A DNA stretch of 64,000 nt from Nitrospirota bacterium (GCA_009773185.1 WPIF01000008.1:77597-141596), one strand, 5' to 3'. Positions 19,665 through 28,697 are shown, numbered from the stretch's first letter. Notes: generated from the letters alone by a model not told the origin. Made by a program: numbers and translations.

Positions 19665-20354
19665 TTATTGCAGGTATTTATCCGTAAAAGATGCAGCAGA
19701 TGTCAGTAAATCATTTAATTTTTTAGCCAACCACTTTCTTCTCGTGCTAGTGGTATTTATATCGATAACGATGCCTTTTTCCCATAATGTCTGGTTGTGC
19801 TTATCACCGCCAAGGTAATAGTGGCGATTAGGAAGAATGCGGTGTACTAAGATATTTCTAATCTCATTCCACTCTGTAAACTCTGGTGTGTTGATCACTT
19901 GCTGAAGAATATTTGCGATATCTTCATGTTTGAAGGATGATTGAAATTTTTCTGCCGTACGAATAGGTTTTACTTTTTGAAAGTCGGTTGCTGTTGTAAA
20001 TGGGAAATCTACGTTTTTTATCATAGAAGCAATCGCAAAAATTCCATAGTAGAAGGATTCTATTGCAGCGAGTCCTGTTATAAAAAAGCCAAACAATTCT
20101 CTTTCTTGCAAATAAACATTGGCGTGAGAAGGATCAGCACTCCCTTGTCGGACATATTGGGTATAATTCAAATCATGTTCAGTACAAGAAAGAAAGCGAT
20201 ATGCGACTGCATTCCAAGCTCCTGCACATTGTTTCCACAACATAAGGTTAGAATCTTTTCTTTGAGAATAACGAGAATGTATGATTTCATAGGGAGCGAC
20301 AGGGAAATCATCTGGCATTGGAAGTAATAATGAAGAAATGATTTGTTTAGACAT
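19665..20354 (-). CDS. Putative HEPN-like RNase domain protein
   Basis: Helical protein with an R-x4-H motif (WNEIRNILVHR) near the C-terminus, low GC. Confidence 0.55.
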   Translation of the reverse strand: MSKQIISSLLLPMPDDFPVAPYEIIHSRYSQRKDSNLMLWKQCAGAWNAVAYRFLSCTEHDLNYTQYVRQGSADPSHANVYLQERELFGFFITGLAAIESFYYGIFAIASMIKNVDFPFTTATDFQKVKPIRTAEKFQSSFKHEDIANILQQVINTPEFTEWNEIRNILVHRILPNRHYYLGGDKHNQTLWEKGIVIDINTTSTRRKWLAKKLNDLLTSAASFTDKYLQ

Positions 20355-20390
20355 TTAATTTTTTCCGATTCATATACGTATTGCTTTCTC

Positions 20391-20424
20391 GCCTACTATA
20401 ATCAAACCCCTCATCCCTGTCAAT
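20391..20424 (-). repeat. Cassette-head repeat copy A (sigma70 promoter-like, TTGACA-N17-TATAGT)
   Basis: gcctactataatcaaacccctcatccctgtcaat; 39/40 identical to copy B over 20385-20424. Confidence 0.85.
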
Positions 20425-20567
20425 GGGATTTTAAAAATCCTTCTATAAAGCTCGCTATAATGCAACGCTTTTGGCGGAAAAGACGCCCATCATATTTCGA
20501 TGTGTCTTTTCCGCCAGCTTATCTGCTGGAACAGCACTTAAAAATATATAAGCCTATCCAGATGTTG

Positions 20568-20774
20568 TTACTCCTTATCGTGAGTATCATCAGATGGAAC
20601 ACCGGAACCACCTGTGGGAGGAACCTCATCATCTAAAGTTCCATGCGTTGGAATATTTCCAAAGGTATTTAAATCATTAGGTAGAGGTTTATAGCCCTTT
20701 TTTTTAGCAATAGGCTGATTTCCTTCAAGGCACATAGAAGAATTTTTCTTTATTTGTTTCTTATCCTCTGGCAT
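20568..20774 (-). CDS. Small disordered peptide partner of DUF6338-like gene
   Basis: AGGAGG RBS; KKGYKP...PPTGGSGV motif; directly downstream of the DUF6338-like gene. Confidence 0.6.
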   Translation of the reverse strand: MPEDKKQIKKNSSMCLEGNQPIAKKKGYKPLPNDLNTFGNIPTHGTLDDEVPPTGGSGVPSDDTHDKE

Positions 20775-20792
20775 TGTGATCCTCCTATCAAT

Positions 20793-21380
20793 TTAATGAA
20801 ACAATTCGACTGAAACAATATCATCACCCAAGATGATAATCCCTTCAGATCTATCAATTGGTTTTAAGAATCCTCCTTTCTCGTCTAGTTTCCAAACCTG
20901 TTCTAAGTATATTTGTTCTTTTGCAGGGAACGAAGACGTAAATGACTTAGTATCATACTTACCGCCAATTCTTTTTCCATTTTTAAGATGCACAATTATC
21001 CAATATGCCTCCTTCTTGCCAAAAATGTAGTCCCAAGGCTTTTGAATTGGATGTATGATATGTTTTGCTACAAAATTCCAAGTCGATATTTTGACAAAAA
21101 GGATTGGCCAAATAACCGGAAAAACAAACATTATGATAAAGATAGAAACAAAATACCAAGCTTTGTGGTTTGTATAAAACGAATTTAAATGAATAAGAGA
21201 GATTAGCCATGATAAAGCAGCAAAATTAAAGGCACTATATGCAATAGCCTCAAAAGTATCTTTTGAAAAATCTCTGCGCTCACCTGGAAGCAACAGCCCA
21301 TAAATTTTCATTGAAATAAAACCCGGCACAAAAAAAACGAGGAATAACTTTAACTTATCAATTTCAAAAATGTTCATCAA
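20793..21380 (-). CDS. DUF6338-like membrane protein
   Basis: FFVPGFIS N-terminus, 3 TM helices, PWDYIF, V.LKNG..IGG.Y...SF.SS.P...QIYLE, which is the pattern I recall for DUF6338. Confidence 0.75.
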   Translation of the reverse strand: MMNIFEIDKLKLFLVFFVPGFISMKIYGLLLPGERRDFSKDTFEAIAYSAFNFAALSWLISLIHLNSFYTNHKAWYFVSIFIIMFVFPVIWPILFVKISTWNFVAKHIIHPIQKPWDYIFGKKEAYWIIVHLKNGKRIGGKYDTKSFTSSFPAKEQIYLEQVWKLDEKGGFLKPIDRSEGIIILGDDIVSVELFH

Positions 21381-21396
21381 AAACCTCCTTAATTTT

Positions 21397-21500
21397 GTAC
21401 TAAGCGGATAACTCGTTCATAGACTTAATACAAACATCTCAACTCCGCCTAAAAGCCCATTTTCTCGCTTACTATAATCAAACCCCTCATCCCTGTCAAT
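21397..21500 (-). repeat. Cassette-head repeat copy B (promoter 21467-21500 plus GATAAC box 21397-21420)
   Basis: gcttactataatcaaacccctcatccctgtcaat and gtactaagcggataactcgttcat. Confidence 0.85.
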
Positions 21501-21519
21501 AACAAGAAAACTATGCATC

Positions 21520-22539
21520 TCACTTTGAAACAAGTTTCTTGCCTATGTAAGCAGCTTGACTTATACCGGTCAGGGCCAATATTGATGAATCAACCGTTGG
21601 CAGAGAAACTTCAATTGAAGGATCGAGGTATAGCCACATCCGGTAAAAGTTTAACAAATAAATCAATGCGCCAATCAATGTCCATGAGAACATCTGCAGG
21701 TCGCCTAAATCAATCACTTTCTTGTCATCAGTTATTAAATCAAGCAGTAACGGCTTAGAAGCCTTAGATTTTGTTATAGCTCCTGAAGTTACCTGTGAAG
21801 CTGTAATTGCCTTTGCTCCTACGAAAGAGCCTGTGCTGATGCCCATTAATATCCCAAGGTTTTCGGGGATATTGATTATTGAAGCAAAAGACAATATGTC
21901 CGTACCGGCAAAATATCTCTGAAAAAATAAGGTTACATAAGAAAAAATGCCGATAAAAATCCACATAGCCATCTGAAACTTTGAATTGCTGTATCTATTG
22001 TCCTGCCCTACGAAAAGTCCGCCACCTGCTGACTTTAATGCTCCGCTTACTGCCACTAATAGTATCAATGTTAAAGAAATGCCAAATGCCATGCTCATGA
22101 GTTTTACTCTCTTGGGCGTTTTTATTTTTTTCAGAGTTATTGAGTTAATCGCTATCTTATTTCCAGTATCAGCATATTTGATTGTTATGAAATCTTCGTC
22201 CGTCTTAAGCGAGGCAGGGTAAATCGTTCTATCACCGGCAGTAATTGCAGTAGTCGGTCCCAGTTTTATTCTGTAACTATTTGGCAGATTTTTTAGTGTA
22301 ACAACGTATTCTTTTAAGTCGGTCTCTATAGCAGGAGTTTTCGATGCAATGTTCTCTGAAGGTGAAGAAGTTTTTTCCTTATTGAATGTCTCAACCTTTG
22401 TTACCAAGCCTGTAATTGCTCTTTCATCTGATATTGTTTTATCAGATGCAGTTTCAGCCAGAACAGTGTTTGAATAAATAAGAATTAATAACAATAGTCC
22501 CCAGCGACAGAACGACAGCCTTAATTTTGTCCTGTTCAT
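21520..22539 (-). CDS. Hypothetical membrane protein (exported N-domain, multi-TM C-domain)
   Basis: RBS GAAAGGGGG before ATG 22539; signal peptide; YSNSKFQM..W, LMGIS, DLGDLQMFSWT, LTGISQAAYIGKK. Confidence 0.7.
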   Translation of the reverse strand: MNRTKLRLSFCRWGLLLLILIYSNTVLAETASDKTISDERAITGLVTKVETFNKEKTSSPSENIASKTPAIETDLKEYVVTLKNLPNSYRIKLGPTTAITAGDRTIYPASLKTDEDFITIKYADTGNKIAINSITLKKIKTPKRVKLMSMAFGISLTLILLVAVSGALKSAGGGLFVGQDNRYSNSKFQMAMWIFIGIFSYVTLFFQRYFAGTDILSFASIINIPENLGILMGISTGSFVGAKAITASQVTSGAITKSKASKPLLLDLITDDKKVIDLGDLQMFSWTLIGALIYLLNFYRMWLYLDPSIEVSLPTVDSSILALTGISQAAYIGKKLVSK

Positions 22540-22599
22540 ATTCCCCCCTTTCTCAATTAACCTGTCAAATGCAGGTAATATTTTAACTTGAATCACTGA

Positions 22600-22938
22600 T
22601 TACAATAACGGGAACCCTATCTCTGAGTTCACAAAATCCTTTACAATTTTAAGTGCAGCATTTATCGCTGCCTGAACCGCAACAGCAGTCATGCCTTCGG
22701 CTGCAGTCAAAACAGCAGCAGTTGCGACTTTCTGCTGATTGAGAAGAATCTTTGCTTCCGCCTTGCCGATTTCCTGTTTTGCAGACCCTTCAATAATCAT
22801 GCGTAGCGTAATAGCCAGCTTCTCACTTTCTGCTTTAAGGTACTGCTTGACCAATATGAATTTACTTCCGAAAGTGGTCCTGGCTGCCTCAAACATTGCA
22901 TCGCCGAGATTATCTAAAGTTACATTGTCTTTTGTCAT
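22600..22938 (-). CDS. Hypothetical helical protein
   Basis: RBS GAGGGAGG; 112-aa Ala-rich ORF in an operon-like arrangement. Confidence 0.7.
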   Translation of the reverse strand: MTKDNVTLDNLGDAMFEAARTTFGSKFILVKQYLKAESEKLAITLRMIIEGSAKQEIGKAEAKILLNQQKVATAAVLTAAEGMTAVAVQAAINAALKIVKDFVNSEIGFPLL

Positions 22939-22952
22939 GATGCCTCCCTCTA

Positions 22953-23468
22953 TTACTTGTTTTGCTCTAAGCCTTGCTTCTTTGCCAACTCAAGGCTCAA
23001 CGCTGCTGAAATAGTTTGATTAATATTGCGACGACTTATATCTAAGGCCATAGGAGAAGGGCCTTTCTCCTTGCCATCTGCTATGCAATGCATATCCCTT
23101 AGGCTATTACCTTCATCCGAGCATTTTCCTTCTCCTAATATTACAAGTCGGATTTTTTTCACAAGAGAAATTGTCTTATCATTCTTAGGTATAGAATTAA
23201 CCCTAAACTCAAGGCGACGAAGTTGTTGGTCGATATCGTCATAAAAATCTTTATGTTTATCAAAAGCTGCGTCTGCTGTGCCAGCTTTCTTTATCAGGGC
23301 GGCTACGAAATCGTCAGTCTTTTGTTGTATGGCTGTAAGGCTCTTATCGGTAGCCTCATCATAGTCTGAGATGAGCCTTACTCCAACACAGCTTGATAGA
23401 ACCAAGACCACCAGAATGACGCTGAGAAGTGAGATGAGGCGTCTTTGCTGTACTGTCGTTTTGTCCAT
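22953..23468 (-). CDS. Hypothetical lipoprotein
   Basis: LVLSSC lipobox, LISDYDE..D motif, C-terminal LELAKK; RBS GGGAGGAG. Confidence 0.75.
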   Translation of the reverse strand: MDKTTVQQRRLISLLSVILVVLVLSSCVGVRLISDYDEATDKSLTAIQQKTDDFVAALIKKAGTADAAFDKHKDFYDDIDQQLRRLEFRVNSIPKNDKTISLVKKIRLVILGEGKCSDEGNSLRDMHCIADGKEKGPSPMALDISRRNINQTISAALSLELAKKQGLEQNK

Positions 23469-23562
23469 TAACTCCTCCCTTTTTTAAATTTTTCTAATCA
23501 GGCAACTTTTTGCCCCTTGAATAGAGAAAATCAATAATCTTGCTCTACCTGCTGGTTGCTGT

Positions 23563-24177
23563 TCATTGAGCTTGAAATTGTTTTCGTAGTTCCTCAATTT
23601 TTACGTCTGGAAAGTCTTGAATGTATTCGATGATGTTTTTCCACCAAGGGTGAAACCCATATCCCCCGTTAATCATCTCTTCGATGGCCTCCTCCTTGGT
23701 CCATTTATCGTAAATGACGCGGTACATCGAGGACATCAAACCAGTCCGATCAGCGCCAGCCTGACAATGAATGAGAAAAGGCCCATTTTCTTTGTGTGAG
23801 AGAATCTTCATCACCTTGATCACGTCTTCGTCCTCAGGATGCCACGCCTTGACGTGCAATCGCTCATCTGGCAAAGCCGTTGAGCACATTTTTTCATAAT
23901 TGTCAGAATGAAATGATCTCAGATTAATGACCGTTTTTATTTTCATCACATCACAAAGTTGTTTCATTCCCTCTTCAGTTGGTTGCGCACTTCTGTAAAT
24001 ATTATTGTTTATCTTGTAGAAATTGGGAACATTGCAAGTATTCTTCATTTGAGTAGCCCATTTTTCAGGACGTTGGCCAATCGTTGAGGTTGTTTTACAC
24101 GTCACACAAGCTGACAAAAGAAACACAATTGCCAAAATAAATAGTACAAGGTAATTTCTCAATGTTGGTCTTCTCAT
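23563..24177 (-). CDS. Dual-specificity/tyrosine phosphatase family lipoprotein
   Basis: IYRSAQP, VINLR, HCQAGADRTG (CX5R), LLSAC lipobox. Confidence 0.9.
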   Translation of the reverse strand: MRRPTLRNYLVLFILAIVFLLSACVTCKTTSTIGQRPEKWATQMKNTCNVPNFYKINNNIYRSAQPTEEGMKQLCDVMKIKTVINLRSFHSDNYEKMCSTALPDERLHVKAWHPEDEDVIKVMKILSHKENGPFLIHCQAGADRTGLMSSMYRVIYDKWTKEEAIEEMINGGYGFHPWWKNIIEYIQDFPDVKIEELRKQFQAQ

Positions 24178-24218
24178 ATTCTCTCCTTTTTATCAGTAAA
24201 TGGAAAAATCAAAATTCG

Positions 24219-24253
24219 GCTTACTATAATCAATCCTCCTTTCCCCTCTCATT
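24219..24253 (-). repeat. Cassette-head repeat copy C (degenerate -35)
   Basis: gcttactataatcaatcctcctttcccctctcatt; the patatin TGA stop lies at the -35 position. Confidence 0.75.
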
Positions 24254-25301
24254 CCCCCGGTCTATTAACAACCTTATTCTTAGGGTTGTCGTACCATTGA
24301 AAATACGTCAGTGTATTTTCTCTGCCTGATTGGACCAATGCCTCTTTAGTCTTATCATCAAGGTCAAACTGCGTTGTTTTTACTCCCAGCGTGTCTATGT
24401 AAATAGTCCTCTGCCAGTCATCGCTGTGAAGGTGCTGGTTTGTCTGAGCCTCCATGATGGTTTCAATCAACCCCCATGTATAATCAAAAAAGTTATCAAT
24501 CTTGTACACAGGCGGTTCTGAATGGTTCCTGAACATATTTATCTCTTCCTTTGAATCAAGCCTGAATCCGAGGGTTTCTTTGTTATAGACATACGGGCTT
24601 ATATTGTTGCCCCATGATTTTAATCCAAAGTTGGTTTTCTGGTAGTATTCCGGCAGCAGGGAGTTTTTGCTAAGGTCGGCGTCATCGATATATTTTTTCC
24701 TGTCGAAGAGCTTTACAGGATAATTATCAAGGACTCCTCCGTCAACATAGATGTCGCCTCTTACGCTTTTTACAGCTGAGAAGAATAGGGGGATTGACAT
24801 CGAAATCCTGACTGCATCTGCAACAGAAGTGCGGGGTGTATGCTCATAGGAAAATATGGATGAGAAACGGGTTGAAAGGTTGGTGCCGACAATGTAAAGG
24901 TCTCTGAAGCCTTTTTTACTTTTCTGGTCATTAAGGTCTCTGAATGTTGCTTCTTTGTTACCTGTTTTCTGCGCAATAAGTTCAGCTATCCAGTTTCTGA
25001 AAAACTCGCCTTTGTACCATCCAAAACTTTCTATTAATCGCGCAGTGTCTCTTATATAGCCCCATGAATCATCAAGGAACTTTTCGAAATCCAGGTCACT
25101 GAGGATTTGCTTTATATCCTGATTCGAATAGTTCAATGCGAATAAAACAGCATTGATTGCTCCTGCCGATGTTCCGCCTGCTCTTTTTATCCTGTGCAGT
25201 ATTCCCTTTTTATCCAGTTCCTCCATTGCCCCTGTATAGGCGATTCCCTTAACCCCGCCGCCTTCAAAGATTAAATTCTTAAACGGATAAATCAAATTCA
25301 C
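24249..25301 (-). CDS. Patatin-like phospholipase
   Basis: GGGVKG, GTSAG (nucleophile Ser), SMSIP, DGG. Confidence 0.92.
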   Translation of the reverse strand: MNLIYPFKNLIFEGGGVKGIAYTGAMEELDKKGILHRIKRAGGTSAGAINAVLFALNYSNQDIKQILSDLDFEKFLDDSWGYIRDTARLIESFGWYKGEFFRNWIAELIAQKTGNKEATFRDLNDQKSKKGFRDLYIVGTNLSTRFSSIFSYEHTPRTSVADAVRISMSIPLFFSAVKSVRGDIYVDGGVLDNYPVKLFDRKKYIDDADLSKNSLLPEYYQKTNFGLKSWGNNISPYVYNKETLGFRLDSKEEINMFRNHSEPPVYKIDNFFDYTWGLIETIMEAQTNQHLHSDDWQRTIYIDTLGVKTTQFDLDDKTKEALVQSGRENTLTYFQWYDNPKNKVVNRPGE

Positions 25302-25348
25302 CTCTTTTTTGATGACTATGCTGAAAACCGTTTATTTTATAAGTTGCC

Positions 25349-26593
25349 CTAAATCCTTTTTGTACGGTGCAAACCGATTGCCGGCTTGCAGACGCCTATT
25401 TCTGCCGGCCTATTTCCTATCAAATTCTTTCTCATAACAACAGGCACTTCTTTTGGAGTGATGTTAAGTTCGCTTCTAACCCAGCTGCAGATTGTCATGT
25501 CTAGCCCGAGTTTGTCCGCATGCTCTTTCAGTTTCATCATTGCCTTATGAGTAAACTCGCGGTTCGGCGCCACCCTGTTTTTGTGTTTCACATTATTCTT
25601 GTTCTCCGGGGCTGTATATAATTCATAAAGCTTTTTTTCCATGCTCTTATCAATGTACCCTGTCAATTGACCAATCCAAGCGAGATTTTTAATACTCAGT
25701 GTCAACATCTCAGGTTTGAATCCTTTGAGATTCGCCTCTTTGAATTTTCTCAATAAATCATCAATAGTCTTATCTGTAAGAAACGCAGGTATGGCGGGCT
25801 GGACTACTGCCCAGTCTGCTTCTATTTTGTTTTCCTGACATAGTACAGCGGCTTCCAGTCTGTTTTCAATTGATGCAGCTCTGGGTTCCAGAACAGGATA
25901 TAGCTCTGGCGGCATTACCGATATGCTCGTATGGTATACCAAATTGCCGGAAAGCTTCCTCATCAGATCCAAAATTGTATCTCCGTTGTTTTTATATTGC
26001 AGTTCTTCTTTTCCCGCTTTTGAAAGGACAAACACCTTTGATTTTGATTTGGGTTTTTGCTTGAAATAAGCTATAAATTCTCTGAGAATATCATGAGCGG
26101 TCCCTGTCTGGAGCGTAGATTCCTGGAACGGTTCTGTTTGCGGGGCGAAGTAATAACAATGGTCTGCTCCATTATCCTCCGTTAATTTACGCCTTAAATA
26201 TGAGGCGTAGTTCTTGTAAAGTTTCTTCGGCGCTGAATGATCGCCGTCCACAACCAGACAGTACAGGCAATTGACATTGCATCCTGACATTGGATTTACT
26301 TCCAGAACATCTATCGGGCATCTGCTGGTATAGCGATGGGTTTTTAAAGGTTCATCCAGAGGAATATCTTCCAACAAACACGATAACTCTGCTACCAGTG
26401 ATCTATTTTCGTATTTGTTAACAAAGTCAGACGAACCTTTTTGGAGTTCATGAAGGGTCTCCTTTGAAGGTCTTACCCCAACCTTTAATTCCTCTAAATA
26501 CGGTTGATTTATTATTCTGGGAGCAAAACCGTGCATTTCATATAGTTTGCTCTTACTTTCCCTCAATTTATTTAATCTAACATGTTCCGACAT
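25349..26593 (-). CDS. Radical SAM protein, spore-photoproduct-lyase-like
   Basis: NPMSGCNVNCLYC (CX3CX2C), TEPFQ, LSK, LEPRAASIENRL; no SPASM cysteines. Confidence 0.78.
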   Translation of the reverse strand: MSEHVRLNKLRESKSKLYEMHGFAPRIINQPYLEELKVGVRPSKETLHELQKGSSDFVNKYENRSLVAELSCLLEDIPLDEPLKTHRYTSRCPIDVLEVNPMSGCNVNCLYCLVVDGDHSAPKKLYKNYASYLRRKLTEDNGADHCYYFAPQTEPFQESTLQTGTAHDILREFIAYFKQKPKSKSKVFVLSKAGKEELQYKNNGDTILDLMRKLSGNLVYHTSISVMPPELYPVLEPRAASIENRLEAAVLCQENKIEADWAVVQPAIPAFLTDKTIDDLLRKFKEANLKGFKPEMLTLSIKNLAWIGQLTGYIDKSMEKKLYELYTAPENKNNVKHKNRVAPNREFTHKAMMKLKEHADKLGLDMTICSWVRSELNITPKEVPVVMRKNLIGNRPAEIGVCKPAIGLHRTKRI

Positions 26594-26666
26594 ATGTATC
26601 CCTCCTCATTGATTATAAAAACTTATTTTTCGGCATATACTAAAAATAAGGCCAATCGCCCATTTC

Positions 26667-26714
26667 TTAATTGTGGATTCCATTTAAGAAATATGGGCAT
26701 CCATATTTGTCCAT
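26667..26714 (-). CDS. Putative 15-aa peptide MDKYGCPYFLNGIHN (below ORF-track cutoff)
   Basis: Strong RBS GAAAGGAG 7 nt upstream of the ATG; sits directly before the SPL-like radical SAM gene. Confidence 0.45.
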   Translation of the reverse strand: MDKYGCPYFLNGIHN

Positions 26715-26812
26715 TTTTCTTCTCCTTTCACTCTCCGCAATGAGCAGTTCGATTTGGATTGGTGGAGTCAGTATACTTTAAGAAGTCGTAGTAATTGCCT
26801 TAGGATTTCTCC

Positions 26813-28231
26813 TTACTTTATAACCTCATTATCTATAATAACCTCGGCTAAGATTTTTGAAATTTTTGACGTTTTTCTTTTCATCCATATTTCTTGTGGT
26901 ACATGCATACGATAAAGTGTTATGGAATCAGACTCGTATATTACGTCTGAATAGTTAACAGCAGATTCTTGATAAATACGCCTTAATACATCTATCACTA
27001 TCCCTTTTGTTATAGCACATCTATAAGTATCAACACGTTCGCACCCGGAAGAATAATAGTTTTTGACCGGACATCCACCACCACAACTAAATTTTGCAAA
27101 ACATTGTTTACAATCCATATTTTGCTCTGTACCGACATTTCTTAAAACTTGTTTGTACTTGTTATTATCAAAATATATTTGGCTGGTATGTGTATCTATA
27201 TGACCTACTATCGCATTTGCGCTATATGGGTGACAGGTATCTTGCACTTCGACACACAAAGTAATGTCTCCGTTGTAAGAACCTACTAATCTACTACCTG
27301 CCATTGCATCACAAAATTTCTGAGAAGGTGCAAGAAAATTCATATAACTCGAGCTTATAATTGAAACATTCTTGTTTTTTGCGATGTCAAGGGCTTGTTT
27401 GAAATTTGCTGTATATTCATCAATTCCAGCCCGCCTTAAATTGATATCATCCGACCTTCCACGGCCTGCATGAGTAATGGGTTCAAAGTGCAGGGTTTTT
27501 ATGCCTTGCTCTGCAAAATATCCTGCATTCTCCGCCATATAATCAACATTGAATTTAGAAATCGTGGACCTTACTTTAAAAGGCACATTTTTTTCTATTA
27601 GGAACCTTATTGTTTTTTCAACGTTCTTGCTGGACGGTTTCCCATTGATACCCGGTCTAAAGAAATCATGTATTTTAGGAATTCCATCAGAGGATATAAC
27701 AAATGTAAAATCGTTGTTGACTAAATAATCCAGTTTTTCCTGAGACATCACGCCATTCGTTGTTATATAAAAAGAATAATCTTTATGAGCTATAGGAGCG
27801 AGTCTTCTAACGGAAGAAACAACTTCTTTAATAACATTAAAATTCAAGGTGGGTTCGCCTCCAAAAAACGATACCTTAATGTTTTTTCTGTCGGTTGTAT
27901 TAAAGACTTTATCTACAATGCTCAATCCCATTTCTGGCGTCATATAATTTCTTTTTTCACCGCCATGAGCAAAGCAATACTTACATCTCAAGTTGCAATC
28001 GTTTGTTATCAGTAAAGTCAAATCGAAATTATCCGGAAGGGATGGTCCTTGGTTTGATGGGTGTCCAAAACAACCCAGTTTTTCACACTTTTGGACATAA
28101 TCAGATAGTTCAATGCGATTACTTTGTTGTAAAATTCCAACCGACAAATTATAAGGCGAAAAAATAATGGTTGCTCCATCAACTCTTGAACAAGCAGCTA
28201 ATCCATTGAAAAGAAAAAAATTTTCAACCAT
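26813..28231 (-). CDS. Radical SAM/SPASM peptide maturase-like enzyme
   Basis: CNLRCKYC, FFGGEP, ITTNG, SSDG; SPASM cysteines FCDA...LCVE...CKQCFAKFSCGGGCP...RC. Confidence 0.9.
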   Translation of the reverse strand: MVENFFLFNGLAACSRVDGATIIFSPYNLSVGILQQSNRIELSDYVQKCEKLGCFGHPSNQGPSLPDNFDLTLLITNDCNLRCKYCFAHGGEKRNYMTPEMGLSIVDKVFNTTDRKNIKVSFFGGEPTLNFNVIKEVVSSVRRLAPIAHKDYSFYITTNGVMSQEKLDYLVNNDFTFVISSDGIPKIHDFFRPGINGKPSSKNVEKTIRFLIEKNVPFKVRSTISKFNVDYMAENAGYFAEQGIKTLHFEPITHAGRGRSDDINLRRAGIDEYTANFKQALDIAKNKNVSIISSSYMNFLAPSQKFCDAMAGSRLVGSYNGDITLCVEVQDTCHPYSANAIVGHIDTHTSQIYFDNNKYKQVLRNVGTEQNMDCKQCFAKFSCGGGCPVKNYYSSGCERVDTYRCAITKGIVIDVLRRIYQESAVNYSDVIYESDSITLYRMHVPQEIWMKRKTSKISKILAEVIIDNEVIK

Positions 28232-28253
28232 AGACCCTCCTGACTGAGTTCAA

Positions 28254-28296
28254 CAGCGCTATCCCGATATATGAAAAGCAAATCAGGATAGCGCTG
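28254..28296. terminator. Stem-loop between precursor-like ORF and rSAM gene
   Basis: cagcgctatcc (28254-28264) and ggatagcgctg (28286-28296) form a perfect 11-bp stem. Confidence 0.65.
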
Positions 28297-28309
28297 CTTT
28301 CGGCATGAA

Positions 28310-28516
28310 TCAATCTTCGCACATTTCTTCTGCAAGCGTGAAAGCTTTAGTTATAACCTTAGCTGATTCCGCAGAAACTTTTATGGGAAGATCTTCTCGG
28401 TTAATGTGAAACTCCAGCACCTTTTTGAAAGGTTTAATCTTTGAGTCTTTCTCAGTTGGTGATATTTCAATAGTTATTTTCGCTACTCCTTCAGACATTA
28501 ACTTCCTTTCAGCCAT
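28310..28516 (-). CDS. Putative RiPP precursor / small partner protein (68 aa)
   Basis: RBS AAAGGAG; first gene of the rSAM module; C-terminus TLAEEMCED. Confidence 0.6.
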   Translation of the reverse strand: MAERKLMSEGVAKITIEISPTEKDSKIKPFKKVLEFHINREDLPIKVSAESAKVITKAFTLAEEMCED

Positions 28517-28598
28517 TGTTTTTTCTCCTTTGTTATAGATTGTTGTTGCTCGGAAAACTTACTTATTACTTACTATCCTCCTTTCCCTGCCCACGCGA

Positions 28599-28697
28599 AG
28601 CAGATAACTTGCTCATTCCGGATTGCGCTTATTCGATTTAATTTCAGGCCTACTATAATCAAACCCTTTCTCTGTCAATGGCGTCTCTCGTCCTTGG
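28599..28697. repeat. 99-bp direct repeat copy D (GATAAC box plus promoter-like repeat)
   Basis: Identical to 31633-31731 by eye. Confidence 0.93.

Noticed and set aside
21401-21428. taagcggataa-ctcgtt-catagacttaa as a dif/pdif site
   Set aside because: Only the left arm loosely resembles a XerC arm. There is no TTATGTTAAAT-like XerD arm.
24249-25301. Patatin as a CBASS CapV effector
   Set aside because: No CD-NTase or other CBASS gene is adjacent.
25315-25329. actatgctgaaaacc as a seventh repeat copy upstream of patatin
   Set aside because: Too degenerate and no -35 part; cannot be distinguished from chance by eye.
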